From Patescibacteria group bacterium (lineage in GTDB: Bacteria > Patescibacteriota > WWE3 > UBA101185 > UBA10185): 41,698 bases of DNA. The stretch covers positions 1 to 41,698 of the forward strand of contig JAHYJU010000001.1 in NCBI GenBank assembly GCA_019428825.1. The letters are read 5' to 3'. The translations under genes were made by a program, and so were the position numbers. Shown here in pieces: positions 1 through 9,117 of this stretch. The notes below the pieces were generated by a model. That model had not been told where the DNA came from and did not search any database. It saw only the letters and a list, made by a program, of their open reading frames with translations. Positions within the stretch are counted from its first letter, which is position 1. Each line of letters starts with the position of its first letter.

Positions 1-898
1 TATCGTAGCATTCGATTCTTTTTGGTAATTTCTTTAAAAAAGGCAAATTTTCTTTTATTTCTTCCAAGGATTTTTTATTTAGGTCATCTATTAAATAAGG
101 GTTATCCATATATTCTTCAGCATCTCTAAAAGTCTTTTGAACATAATAAAATTTTTGTAATAAATCTCTGCATTTACCCGCTTCTTCAAAATTCTCATTA
201 TCCGAATAATTTTTCATATCTTTTTCAATTCCGGACACCAACTTGGAAACATCCCCTGATAGAAGTTTTTTTAGTCCTGATATATTTTTCTTATACGTTA
301 GAATTTCTTGTGCACTATTGTGAACGCACGGAGAGTAGCATATCCCCATATGTCCATACAAACATGGAGATTTAATTTTCATATATTTTGAAAACTTAGG
401 AAAATTACAATCTCTAAAAGGAAAAATTTTTCTGGCAGTTCGCAATATATTTTTTGCGACTACATTGTTGGGAAAGGGCCCGTAAACAGAATCATTTTTT
501 AATAAATCAGGCTTTCTTGCGGTAATCACTTTAGGTATATGAACTTCTTTTCCTGAAATTTTTACAATCTCATCTCTAATTACGATATAAATTTTTGAAC
601 GATCGTCTTTTAAAACAATGTTGTATTTAGGTTTGTATTTTTTAATTAATTCTGCTTCTAATATTATTGCCTCAAACTCTGATTCTACTTTTATAAAATC
701 GAGGTCGTTAATCCTTTTGACCAGCTCTGAAGTCTTGAAATCGGCAGGGGCTTTTACTGAAAAGTAGGATTTTACACGGGCTTTTAAATTCTTTGCTTTT
801 CCGACATATATAACCTTCCCAGTTTTATCTATGAAAATGTAGGATCCGGGACTTTGAGGTAAACTTTCTAACTTTTCTTTTAAATTTGAGGTTTTCAC
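1..898 (-). CDS. uvrC: Excinuclease ABC subunit C (UvrC), N-terminal part; the 3' end runs off the window
   Basis: Not in the ORF track. The reverse frame is open from GTG at 898 to the window edge. I checked the first 180 nt triplet by triplet for stops and translated the rest by eye. Translation starts VKTSNLKEKLESLPQSPGSYIFIDKTGKVIYVGKAKNLKARVKSYF, the GIY-YIG nuclease signature of UvrC. It continues EFEAIILEAELIKKYKPKYNIVLKDD ... YGPFPN ... FPFRDC. Confidence 0.85.
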   Translation of the reverse strand, partial: MKTSNLKEKLESLPQSPGSYIFIDKTGKVIYVGKAKNLKARVKSYFSVKAPADFKTSELVKRINDLDFIKVESEFEAIILEAELIKKYKPKYNIVLKDDRSKIYIVIRDEIVKISGKEVHIPKVITARKPDLLKNDSVYGPFPNNVVAKNILRTARKIFPFRDCNFPKFSKYMKIKSPCLYGHMGICYSPCVHNSAQEILTYKKNISGLKKLLSGDVSKLVSGIEKDMKNYSDNENFEEAGKCRDLLQKFYYVQKTFRDAEEYMDNPYLIDDLNKKSLEEIKENLPFLKKLPKRIECYD

Positions 899-914
899 AC
901 ACTTATTGTAGCAT
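886..914 (+). promoter_or_regulatory. Candidate promoter of the 922 gene: TTGAGG-17-TAGCAT, with the ATG 7 nt after the -10
   Basis: TTGAGG at 886-891, a 17-nt spacer, TAGCAT at 909-914, then ttgaaag and the ATG at 922. No Shine-Dalgarno sequence. The promoter lies inside the uvrC 5' end. Confidence 0.35.
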
Positions 915-921
915 TTGAAAG

Positions 922-2649
922 ATGAGGCATAGATTTACGAAAACAAAACTTAAATATTTTTTTGTGTTGTTGATGATTTCGATTACACCTCTGAATATCT
1001 CTTACGCTCAAGAAGAAAAATTCTCAATTGATTATAACCTCGAATATGCAGTCGATGAATATGGAGTTACCTTAATAACACATGAAGCTATCATAACTAA
1101 CCTGCAAAACGATGCTATCCCTACTACTTATACATTTTCAGCAAAAAATTTGAAAATATTCGATGTGTCAGCAGAAACAAACGGAAGAGAAGCAAAACCA
1201 AAAATTGACCAGAAAGATGATGATACATTTATATCGGTAGTCATAGAGAATTATGCTATAGGTGAAGGAAGACAAAACAAAGTCAGTTTATCCTACAAAA
1301 CCCGAAGTATTGCAAGTAAATCAGGAAAGATATGGAATATTTATATACCAAGGATACAAATACCCGATACAACTACTCTCTATAATGTAAAACTTATAAT
1401 TCCCGAAGCTTTTGGACCAAAAATATACCTCTCCCCTACCCCGGTCATAGAAAAAAAGGAAGAAGAGCATTGGGCCTATTATTTTACAAAAGAAACTTTT
1501 AAATCAACAGGCATAGCCGCCGCATTCGGTGAATTTCAGCCGGTAAATTATAAACTTAAGTATCAGCTGAAAAATAACTCCATATTACCCTCAATTAAAG
1601 AGATAGCACTACCTCCCGATATACATGAATATCAAAATGTCAGTTACCAGAGCATAGAACCAAAACCTAACAGAACAAAAATTGATGGGGACGGTAACGT
1701 AATTGCTTCCTATATCTTAAGCCCTAAGAAAAGTATAGACATTGAAGTAACGGGGACTGCAAGACTGTATGGAAAACAAATAAACCCCGACTTTGGTAGA
1801 GATTTCTCAGGTATACCGCAGGATTTAATAAAAAAGTATACTGCCTCTAAAAAATATTGGGAAGTTAATTCTCCATACATAGAAGAGATATCTAAGGAAA
1901 TTAAAAACGAAAATATAAATGTAACGAGAAATGCTGAAAAAATTTATAACTTTATTTCAAATAATCTAACTTATGATTTTGATGCCGTAGAAAATGGTCT
2001 GGCTCAAAGGATGGGGGCTGAAATTGCCCTTTCACAGGAAGGAAGTTGGACATGTATGGAATTTACTGATGTATTTATTTCTATCGCCCGAGCTATGGGT
2101 ATACCTTCCAGAGAAATAAACGGATATGCCTTTACTTTTGATGATAATGATAAACCTATATCAATAAATCTTGATAGCGGAGATTACCTCCACTCGTGGG
2201 CGGAATTTTACGACCCTTTCTATGGGTGGGTACAGGTGGATCCTACTTGGGGAACAACATCAGGAATTGATTATTTTTCAAAGCTTGATACAAATCATTT
2301 TGCTTTTGTTGTTAAGGGATTAAATTCGGAATATCCTTACTCAGCGGGAACTTATAGATTATCTGAAAATGAAAAGTTAATAGAGGTAGCATTATCACAA
2401 ACTTCCACAGAAGAAGATTTTATTCCGGATTTGGAATTTAAAAAAACTTTTAATTTTAACTTAATTGAGTTGATAAGAGGAAATATTAGGGTCAAAGTAA
2501 CTAACTCCGGTAAAGTATCAGCTTATATTGTAGATGGAAAAACTATACCTGTAAGAGGAGTGACCAATATTTATGTTAAAAAGGGAACTCAAGAAATATT
2601 CTTCAAAGATCTGAATGGAAATAAATACTCTTCTTCTATAACGGAGTAG
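922..2649 (+). CDS. Secreted or membrane-anchored transglutaminase-like domain protein
   Basis: N-terminal hydrophobic signal-like segment (KYFFVLLMISITPLNISYA). C-terminal transglutaminase-core Cys/His/Asp pattern: GSWTCMEFTDVFISIARAMGIPSR, YLHSWAEFY, GWVQVDPTWG. Confidence 0.7.
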   Translation: MRHRFTKTKLKYFFVLLMISITPLNISYAQEEKFSIDYNLEYAVDEYGVTLITHEAIITNLQNDAIPTTYTFSAKNLKIFDVSAETNGREAKPKIDQKDDDTFISVVIENYAIGEGRQNKVSLSYKTRSIASKSGKIWNIYIPRIQIPDTTTLYNVKLIIPEAFGPKIYLSPTPVIEKKEEEHWAYYFTKETFKSTGIAAAFGEFQPVNYKLKYQLKNNSILPSIKEIALPPDIHEYQNVSYQSIEPKPNRTKIDGDGNVIASYILSPKKSIDIEVTGTARLYGKQINPDFGRDFSGIPQDLIKKYTASKKYWEVNSPYIEEISKEIKNENINVTRNAEKIYNFISNNLTYDFDAVENGLAQRMGAEIALSQEGSWTCMEFTDVFISIARAMGIPSREINGYAFTFDDNDKPISINLDSGDYLHSWAEFYDPFYGWVQVDPTWGTTSGIDYFSKLDTNHFAFVVKGLNSEYPYSAGTYRLSENEKLIEVALSQTSTEEDFIPDLEFKKTFNFNLIELIRGNIRVKVTNSGKVSAYIVDGKTIPVRGVTNIYVKKGTQEIFFKDLNGNKYSSSITE

Positions 2650-2663
2650 TAGGATTTTGTAGT

Positions 2664-5660
2664 TTATTTTTTATCAAAATTCTTGTCAATTAGATTCAAA
2701 ACATCAGCTGTAAAAGATTTTTTACATTTTTTAAGATCTTCAAGAGATCCTTCAAAAAGAATTTCCCCGCCCTCATCTCCGCCCTCGGGGCCAAGATCAA
2801 TAACCCAATCACAATTTTTAACCACATCTAAATTATGTTCTATCATAAGAACTGTATTCCCTCGGGCGGTAAGTCTTTTGCAAATAGAAATTAAGTTTTC
2901 CAAATCAGCGAAGTGTAAACCTGTTGTAGGTTCGTCTAAAATATATAATGTACTCCCGGTGGATCTTTTTGATAACTCAAGTCCTAATTTAACCCTCTGG
3001 GCTTCCCCACCCGATAAGGTCGGCGCAGGCTGACCTAGTTTTATGTAACCCAAACCAACGTCATACAGAGTTTCCATCTTTCTTCTTATCTGAGGAATAT
3101 TTTCAAAAAAACCTAAGGCTTCTTCTACGGTCATGCTTAAAACATCAGCGATATTTTTACCTTTGTATTCTATCTCTAAAGCTTCAGAGTTGTATCTTTT
3201 ACCTTTACAAACCTCACACTTTACATAAACGTCGGGCATAAACTGCATCTCTATCTTTATCTGACCTTCCCCGCTACAAGCTTCACATCTACCACCCTTT
3301 ACATTAAAACTAAAACGCCCGGGCTTATATCCTCTTATCCTTGCTTCTTGTGTTTGAGAAAAAAGATCTCTTATATGATCAAACACTTTTGTATATGTTG
3401 CAGGATTGGATTTTGGGGTTCTCCCTATCGGACTTTGGTCTATGGCAATAACATTAGAAATGTTCTCCACACCCTCAATAGAGCTGAATGGTTCAGGTTT
3501 TTCCTCGATTTTCAGACCGTATTCTTGCCTTAAAGCCTGATAAAGAGTGTCCATTATCAAAGTAGATTTTCCTGAACCCGATACACCCGTAACACAAACA
3601 AATTTACCAAGCGGAACTGTAAGATCAACTTTTTTTAAATTCCTTCCCGTTGCTTTTTTCAAAACTAAACTCTGACCTCCAACTTTTTTCTGAACTTTAT
3701 GATTAGTTTCCTCTATCAAAACATCCTCCAAAGCTCTTTTTCCTTTGACTAAATTTCTACCAACTATTAAATCTCCGGATAAATATCTACCTGTCAAAGA
3801 ATTTTTATCTTTTTTAATTTGGTCGGGAGTTCCTTCTGAAACCACCTCTCCGCCATGCTCACCGGCGCCCGGTCCAAAATCAAAAACATAATCGCTTTCG
3901 AGAATAGTTTCTCCGTCATGCTCAACCACTAAAACCGTATTTCCCAGATCCCTAAGCTGATGAAGTGTTTTTATAAGTTTTTTCTGGTCAACTTGGTGTA
4001 ATCCTAAAGAAGGTTCATCCAAAACGTACAAAACTCCGCTTAAGCCGGAACCTATTTGAGAAGCAAGTCTTATTCTTTGAGCTTCTCCTCCGGATAACTC
4101 GCCTGAAGCCCTGGCCAGAGTTAAATAACCAAGACCTACATCTACCAAAAATTTAACTCTGTAATTAATTTCTTTTAAAATAGTTGAGGCAATACTGTTC
4201 TCTCTGGAATTTAATTTTTCCGGTAATTTTTCAAACCACATTTGAACTTTATTTACAGGCATTTGAGTAACGTCATTTATATTTTTCCCATCAAGAGAAA
4301 CGGAAAGAGATTCTTTTTTTAACCTAGCTCCATCACAAACGTGGCACTGCTCTTTTATCATGTATTTTTCTATTTCTCCTTTTATATAATCGGACTCGGT
4401 TTCCCTGTACCTTCTCATTAAATTAGGAATGATACCTTCAAAATTTGCGTCAAAAAATCTTTTTGAGCCTTCCTGACTTTTGTATGAAACTTTAAATTTT
4501 TTATCTACTCCATATAAAAGAATTTTTCTAGCTTCTTCACTTAACTCTCCAATAGGTTCATCCAGAGAAAATCCGTAGTGATCTGAAACTGATTTAACAA
4601 CTCTTGATGTCCATGTAATGTGTTCAAATAACCTGGTCCAAGGTAATACTCCGCCTTCAGAAACCGAAAGCCGAGGATTTATGACCATATCTGCATCAAC
4701 TCTTAATTGATTTCCAATACCGTCACAAGCGAGACATGCTCCATGAGGTGAGTTAAAAGAAAATGTTCTTGGCTCTATTTCGGGAAGTGATATGTTGCAA
4801 ACAGGACATGCAAAATTTTCCGAAAAAAGATAATCTTCAAAGTCTTTTGGATTTTGGGAAAAATCAAATGTTTTATCTCTAACAATTGTTACGATTGCAT
4901 TACCTACGCTCATCCTGAGAGCAGTTTCTACTGATTGATATATTTGGCTTTCTATTTCTTTTTTATCTATTTCTTTTTTTATTTTCTTTTGACTTACAGT
5001 GTGTCTTGAAATTAGAGCGTCTATAGTGTGTTTGTTCGTTTTTATTAAATTAAAATCTTCCGATAACTCACGGGTATCTCCATCTACTCTGGCTCTAACT
5101 ATTCCTTGTTTTTTAAGATTTTCAAATAAAGATGAAAATTCTCCTTTTCTGTCTTTTATTACCGGAGAAAAAATTATGAACCTAACTCCTTTTTCACTTT
5201 TAAAGTCGGGGTCTTGGGAAATTATTTCGAATATATTTTCAACAATTTCCTGAGTCGATTGTCGCTCAATTTCTCTACCGCACTCCGGGCAATGGGGATG
5301 ACCTATTCTCGCATATAATAGACGCAAGAAATCATACACTTCCGTGATTGTACCTACTGTAGATCGAGGATTTTTGCTTGTTGTTTTTTGGTCTATTGCA
5401 ATTGCAGGAGATAACCCCTCTATTTTTTCAACATCAGGTTTGTCCATTACTCCTAAAAACTGTCGGGCATAAGCGGAAAGACTTTCTACATACCTTCTCT
5501 GACCTTCAGCATATATTGTATCCATTGCTAAAGAAGATTTTCCGGATCCCGATACTCCTGTAAAAATTACCATTTTGTTTTTTGGAATATCCAAGTCTAT
5601 GTTTTTTAAATTGTGCTGTCTTGCACCTCTTATTAAAATGTGTGAAATTGAGTCTTTCAT
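2664..5660 (-). CDS. uvrA: Excinuclease ABC subunit A (UvrA)
   Basis: 998 aa. Two ABC modules with Walker A (GVSGSGKSS and GVSGSGKST) and two LSGGEAQR signatures. Zn-finger Cys pairs are present (CPECG, CPVCN...CLACDG, CEAC...CEVCKG). Confidence 0.95.
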   Translation of the reverse strand: MKDSISHILIRGARQHNLKNIDLDIPKNKMVIFTGVSGSGKSSLAMDTIYAEGQRRYVESLSAYARQFLGVMDKPDVEKIEGLSPAIAIDQKTTSKNPRSTVGTITEVYDFLRLLYARIGHPHCPECGREIERQSTQEIVENIFEIISQDPDFKSEKGVRFIIFSPVIKDRKGEFSSLFENLKKQGIVRARVDGDTRELSEDFNLIKTNKHTIDALISRHTVSQKKIKKEIDKKEIESQIYQSVETALRMSVGNAIVTIVRDKTFDFSQNPKDFEDYLFSENFACPVCNISLPEIEPRTFSFNSPHGACLACDGIGNQLRVDADMVINPRLSVSEGGVLPWTRLFEHITWTSRVVKSVSDHYGFSLDEPIGELSEEARKILLYGVDKKFKVSYKSQEGSKRFFDANFEGIIPNLMRRYRETESDYIKGEIEKYMIKEQCHVCDGARLKKESLSVSLDGKNINDVTQMPVNKVQMWFEKLPEKLNSRENSIASTILKEINYRVKFLVDVGLGYLTLARASGELSGGEAQRIRLASQIGSGLSGVLYVLDEPSLGLHQVDQKKLIKTLHQLRDLGNTVLVVEHDGETILESDYVFDFGPGAGEHGGEVVSEGTPDQIKKDKNSLTGRYLSGDLIVGRNLVKGKRALEDVLIEETNHKVQKKVGGQSLVLKKATGRNLKKVDLTVPLGKFVCVTGVSGSGKSTLIMDTLYQALRQEYGLKIEEKPEPFSSIEGVENISNVIAIDQSPIGRTPKSNPATYTKVFDHIRDLFSQTQEARIRGYKPGRFSFNVKGGRCEACSGEGQIKIEMQFMPDVYVKCEVCKGKRYNSEALEIEYKGKNIADVLSMTVEEALGFFENIPQIRRKMETLYDVGLGYIKLGQPAPTLSGGEAQRVKLGLELSKRSTGSTLYILDEPTTGLHFADLENLISICKRLTARGNTVLMIEHNLDVVKNCDWVIDLGPEGGDEGGEILFEGSLEDLKKCKKSFTADVLNLIDKNFDKK

Positions 5661-5669
5661 AACTTAAAC

Positions 5670-5699
5670 ATTGTACAAGATAAAGTGAGTTTGTGTCTA
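5670..5699 (-). promoter_or_regulatory. Candidate uvrA promoter TAGACA-18-TACAAT, with the ATG 9 nt after the -10 (leaderless-type)
   Basis: Minus strand: TAGACA (5699-5694), an 18-nt spacer, TACAAT (5675-5670), then gtttaagtt and the ATG at 5660. No SD. The -10 sits inside the 8-bp palindrome TTGTACAA. Confidence 0.45.
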
Positions 5700-5726
5700 C
5701 GGGTTTTATTTGGGTGTTTGATAGGC

Positions 5727-5769
5727 AAAAAAATAGCCAAGTTGTTTTTATAAAAAGCGACTTGGCTAT
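5727..5769 (-). terminator. Rho-independent terminator after the 114-aa membrane ORF
   Basis: Perfect 10-bp inverted repeat atagccaagt (5733-5742) / acttggctat (5760-5769) with a 17-nt loop. On the minus strand it is followed by a run of 6-7 T. Confidence 0.7.
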
Positions 5770-5773
5770 TAAT

Positions 5774-6118
5774 CTATTTTTTCCCTAGTTTAAAACTTAC
5801 TTGGTAAATAATTGTGAAAAATACAACTATTATAGTTAATCCTATAATCAAAATCTCCTCTAATAATACGACAAAGAAACCAATACATATGGCTAGGGCG
5901 TAGAGTAGAAAACCAATTGGGCCTAGAAAACACATAGCATTGTATCCACAATCATTCTCAAATGGGTATTTGTACATGAGATGGTATCTCTCAACAAAAG
6001 TACGTGTTTTATATTCCTTTTTTCTAAGTTGCCAGAATCTTATGACCAAAGCCCAAAGAACAATATACAAAATAACTGCCGGCCAGAACCACGAACTCAT
6101 TACAATTGTTGTAATCAT
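5774..6118 (-). CDS. Small integral membrane protein, no family recognised
   Basis: 114-aa ORF with several hydrophobic stretches (AVILYIVLWALVIRFW, FLGPIGFLLYALAICIGFFVVLL, IIGLTIIVVFFTIIY). AAGGAG lies 4 nt upstream of the ATG. It has its own terminator. Confidence 0.5.
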   Translation of the reverse strand: MITTIVMSSWFWPAVILYIVLWALVIRFWQLRKKEYKTRTFVERYHLMYKYPFENDCGYNAMCFLGPIGFLLYALAICIGFFVVLLEEILIIGLTIIVVFFTIIYQVSFKLGKK

Positions 6119-6156
6119 TTTTCTCCTTATCTATTTTAGTTTTGAAATTTTAACGA

Positions 6157-6185
6157 ATTATAACTTACCAAAAGGATTTTTTAAA
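6157..6185 (-). promoter_or_regulatory. Candidate promoter TTTAAA-17-TATAAT for the small membrane ORF
   Basis: Minus strand: TTTAAA (6185-6180), a 17-nt spacer, TATAAT (6162-6157), then a roughly 38-nt leader ending in AAGGAG. Confidence 0.4.
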
Positions 6186-6209
6186 ATATCTAAATGCCAG
6201 TATTTAAAA

Positions 6210-8405
6210 TCATTTTTCCTTGTCTTCCTTATCGCGACACAAAGACTTGGGAACATTAGAATCCTCAATAAAAACCTCCGAAAATCCACATTTTTCATCT
6301 TTTTTAACAAAAACATTCTCGGGCATAATAAAAACCTCATTCGGTTTATCCTGTAACATTTCCGACATTATCCTATTCCATATGGGCGCTGCTCCGGTCA
6401 AACCAGAAGCCAACCCCCTTCTCATTGGCTGCCCATCATTATTCCCAACCCAAACCCCGACCACATAAGACGGGGTGTATCCCATGGTCCAGTTATCTTT
6501 AATATTATCCGTAGTCCCGGTTTTTACCGCTACTTTGTGACCTGGTATAGAAAGAAAATTATTTACACCAAAAGCTGGAAGTCTTGCCCTATTGTCCGAA
6601 AGAATATCCCACAAAAGATAAGAAACTTCGTTGGAAATAACCTGATTTTCAATTCTATTATCGAAATAAACATCATGTCCCTTTGAATCTTTTATACTTA
6701 AATAAATTTTAGGTTCTTTGTAAACTCCGCCCCGTGCTAAAGTTGCATATAAATTTGTGTGATCCAAAAGCCTAACTTCCTTACCCCCGAGCGTTATAGA
6801 AAGTCCATAAGAACCACCTGCATCCCAATTTGTTAAACCCATCTCCTTACCTTTCAAAGCAATATTATCCACGCCAACCTCACGGGCAATCTTGACTGCT
6901 GGGATATTATAGGAATTTGCTAAAGCTTGTCTTAAAGTCACCTTACCGTGAAACCTACCATCGTAATTTACAGGAGTATAGTCAGGAGAGCCTTTGGTTC
7001 TATAAGTCACAGGAGAGTCATTGATAATAGAAGCCGGAGTAAATTTTCCAGACAAAGCTAAGCCATAAGTAACAGGCTTTATGGAAGAACCCGGCTGTCT
7101 AAGGGCCGTAACAACATCATATGCCCCCCAAACCTCTTTGAAATAATCTATCGAACCGACATAAGCTAAAATTTCACCACTTTTTACATCCATTACCACA
7201 GAAGCCCCGTTACTAAAACCAAGATAAGAATTCTTTTCAACTTCCTCTGCAACTATTTTTTGAACCTTGTCATAAAGTCCAATATCAAGCGTTGTTGTAA
7301 CAGTTAAACCCCCCAGTTCCACAAATCTTTTACCATATCTTTCTTCCAAATCTTTTCTTATAAAATTTACAAAATGAGGAGCCCGAATATAACCCTTTTG
7401 TTCAATAAAGTTCAGTTCCTCGGAATAAGCAACTTCTAACTCTTCCTTGCTAATAAAACCTAGAAAAACCATTCTATCCAAAACATATTTCTGTCTATTT
7501 TTTGCATAATTAATATCAGTCAAAGGAGAGTAAAGAGTAGGAGCTGTCGGTAATCCTGCCAATAAAGAAGCCTCTGCAAGTGAGAGATCCCAAACGTTTT
7601 TTCCGAAATATTTTTCTGAAGCAGATTGAATTCCCCAGGAAGTCCCTCCGTAGGGAATGTTATTAAGGTACATTTCCAAAATTTCTTCTTTTGAATACTT
7701 TGCCTCAACCATCAGAGCCAAAACGCCTTCCTTTAGTTTTCTGGAAAAAGTTCTTTCAGGAGTTAGAAGAACGTTTTTTACTAATTGCTGTGTAACCGTA
7801 GATCCTCCCTGTAAAGTATCCTCAAAGATTATCTTTTTAGTAGCCCTAATTATGCTATCCAACCTCACACCGTTGTGTTCATAAAACTTATCATCCTCAA
7901 CTGCCAACGTCGCCTGAATAACAAAATTTGGAATTTGTTCAATTTCTACCGGATTATAATTCCTATCTACGTATATCTCATATAATAATTCACCGTTTCT
8001 ATCTAAAATTCGAGTGGACTTTCTGTTTGCTTCAACAATCAAAAGATCGGGTGATGGTAATTCCCTAAACCATGTAAAAACCACAAAGGGTACGAAAATG
8101 AAGATGATTGAAAAAATAGCTCCGAAAACAAATGCTGTAGTCTTGGGTGCTATTGTAAAAATTTTGAATATACTGAAAAGCTTTTTTATTATAAATACAA
8201 CGAATTTAACTAAAAATTTTCCGATATTTAATAATAAATGAAATAGTTTTTCTGTGATATTTATTCTTTTCTTCTTGGATAACTCAGATTTCTTCGGCCT
8301 CGAAAATAGAACTGATATTAATAGTTGAAAGAAGCCTTTACAAAGGGATATTATTACAAAACCTATAAGACTGATAAATTCTAGTGTTTTGTTTATTAAA
8401 AACAT
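6210..8405 (-). CDS. Class A penicillin-binding protein (bifunctional glycosyltransferase/transpeptidase, PBP1A-like)
   Basis: GT51 motifs EDDKFYEHNGV and GGSTVTQQLVKN. Transpeptidase motifs SxxK (GSSIKP), SxN (NSYN) and KTG (KTGTT). Unusually long hydrophobic N-terminal region of about 100 aa. Confidence 0.9.
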   Translation of the reverse strand: MFLINKTLEFISLIGFVIISLCKGFFQLLISVLFSRPKKSELSKKKRINITEKLFHLLLNIGKFLVKFVVFIIKKLFSIFKIFTIAPKTTAFVFGAIFSIIFIFVPFVVFTWFRELPSPDLLIVEANRKSTRILDRNGELLYEIYVDRNYNPVEIEQIPNFVIQATLAVEDDKFYEHNGVRLDSIIRATKKIIFEDTLQGGSTVTQQLVKNVLLTPERTFSRKLKEGVLALMVEAKYSKEEILEMYLNNIPYGGTSWGIQSASEKYFGKNVWDLSLAEASLLAGLPTAPTLYSPLTDINYAKNRQKYVLDRMVFLGFISKEELEVAYSEELNFIEQKGYIRAPHFVNFIRKDLEERYGKRFVELGGLTVTTTLDIGLYDKVQKIVAEEVEKNSYLGFSNGASVVMDVKSGEILAYVGSIDYFKEVWGAYDVVTALRQPGSSIKPVTYGLALSGKFTPASIINDSPVTYRTKGSPDYTPVNYDGRFHGKVTLRQALANSYNIPAVKIAREVGVDNIALKGKEMGLTNWDAGGSYGLSITLGGKEVRLLDHTNLYATLARGGVYKEPKIYLSIKDSKGHDVYFDNRIENQVISNEVSYLLWDILSDNRARLPAFGVNNFLSIPGHKVAVKTGTTDNIKDNWTMGYTPSYVVGVWVGNNDGQPMRRGLASGLTGAAPIWNRIMSEMLQDKPNEVFIMPENVFVKKDEKCGFSEVFIEDSNVPKSLCRDKEDKEK

Positions 8406-8431
8406 AAGGGAAAAACGATTATCCTATATAC

Positions 8432-8459
8432 AATATATATTAAAATTTTCGAGAGTCAA
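8432..8459 (-). promoter_or_regulatory. Candidate promoter TTGACT-16-TATATT upstream of the class A PBP
   Basis: Minus strand: TTGACT (8459-8454), a 16-nt spacer, TATATT (8437-8432). Confidence 0.45.
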
Positions 8460-8476
8460 TTTTAATATTAATCAGG

Positions 8477-8519
8477 AAACAAAAAAGAGCCTTTTTGATA
8501 TTTAGTCAAATTGGCTCTT
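8477..8519 (-). terminator. Rho-independent terminator after the 123-aa orphan
   Basis: 7-bp inverted repeat aagagcc (8485-8491) / ggctctt (8513-8519) with a 21-nt loop. On the minus strand it is followed by TTTTGTTT. Confidence 0.55.
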
Positions 8520-8566
8520 AATACGCACGCTCTCAAATGAAGGTGGGTCTCATTGAGAAATGTTTA

Positions 8567-8938
8567 CTAGCTCAGGTCAAAATGCTCAAGGATTTCGTCT
8601 GCTGAAGTTCTAAAGAGCAACTCTGCTTCTACATAATCACTATCACCAGACCATTGGTTTCCATTGCTGAACGGAACCCAAATATTTCCCAGCTCAGTCT
8701 TAGCATCCCCTAATAACAGGCGCATTGCTTTTTTTGATCCAGTGACAAAACCCTTAAGAGCTGGGTGGTCACTAAACGTAAAAACTGGCCTCGCAGGAGG
8801 TAAGTTAATAACTTCTCTCCCAATGTCACGTGCTTCTTGAGCAATGTTTCGCCTATTTTGAATTTCTTGATAAACAGACTCCGGAACGACAGCTGTCACC
8901 CCGTTATTACTATTAACATAAAATACTTTGCGGTCCAT
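8567..8938 (-). CDS. Hypothetical 123-aa soluble protein (orphan), standalone transcription unit
   Basis: Intact ORF preceded by AAGGAAAGGGA 5 nt upstream of the ATG. It has its own consensus promoter and terminator. It looks visibly more GC-rich than its neighbours. No family recognised. Confidence 0.55.
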   Translation of the reverse strand: MDRKVFYVNSNNGVTAVVPESVYQEIQNRRNIAQEARDIGREVINLPPARPVFTFSDHPALKGFVTGSKKAMRLLLGDAKTELGNIWVPFSNGNQWSGDSDYVEAELLFRTSADEILEHFDLS

Positions 8939-9056
8939 TTTGGTCCCTTTCCTTTACTATTGTATTATTTTTTGGATTATAGAGATTGAAGGTCATTTGT
9001 CCCTCTTTCTCCTTTGATTATTTGTCCTTTTGTGCCCACCACACTAGAACTAAGGA

Positions 9057-9085
9057 ATTATATATTTAAATAATAATTTTGTCAA
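9057..9085 (-). promoter_or_regulatory. Perfect sigma-70 consensus promoter TTGACA-17-TATAAT for the 123-aa orphan
   Basis: Minus strand: TTGACA (9085-9080), an exact 17-nt spacer (aaattattatttaaata), TATAAT (9062-9057). It is followed by a leader of about 110 nt before the ATG at 8938. Confidence 0.7.
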
Positions 9086-9117
9086 ATACTACAGGATATA
9101 TTACTACCCAGCAAGAC

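Noticed and set aside
2683-5563. Plus-strand ORFs in the track inside uvrA (2683-3033, 3348-3533, 4999-5253, 5378-5563).
   Set aside because: They lie entirely antisense to a 998-aa ORF with unmistakable UvrA motifs. Their translations are low-complexity, with no SD or promoter. They are shadow ORFs.
5671-5678. TTGTACAA upstream of uvrA as the SOS box.
   Set aside because: It is only 8 bp, it is not found in the lexA/uvrB control region, and it coincides with the -10 hexamer, so it may simply be the promoter.
5940-6356. A 138-aa plus-strand ORF, and the 6158-6340 minus ORF, spanning the junction between the small membrane gene and the PBP gene.
   Set aside because: They overlap two better-supported minus-strand genes and their intergenic promoter. 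The sequence is AT-driven low complexity with no start signals.
8567-8938. The 123-aa orphan as half of a toxin-antitoxin pair.
   Set aside because: It is a single gene with its own promoter and terminator. No adjacent small partner ORF exists apart from the out-of-frame leader ORF, and no TA family motif is recognised.
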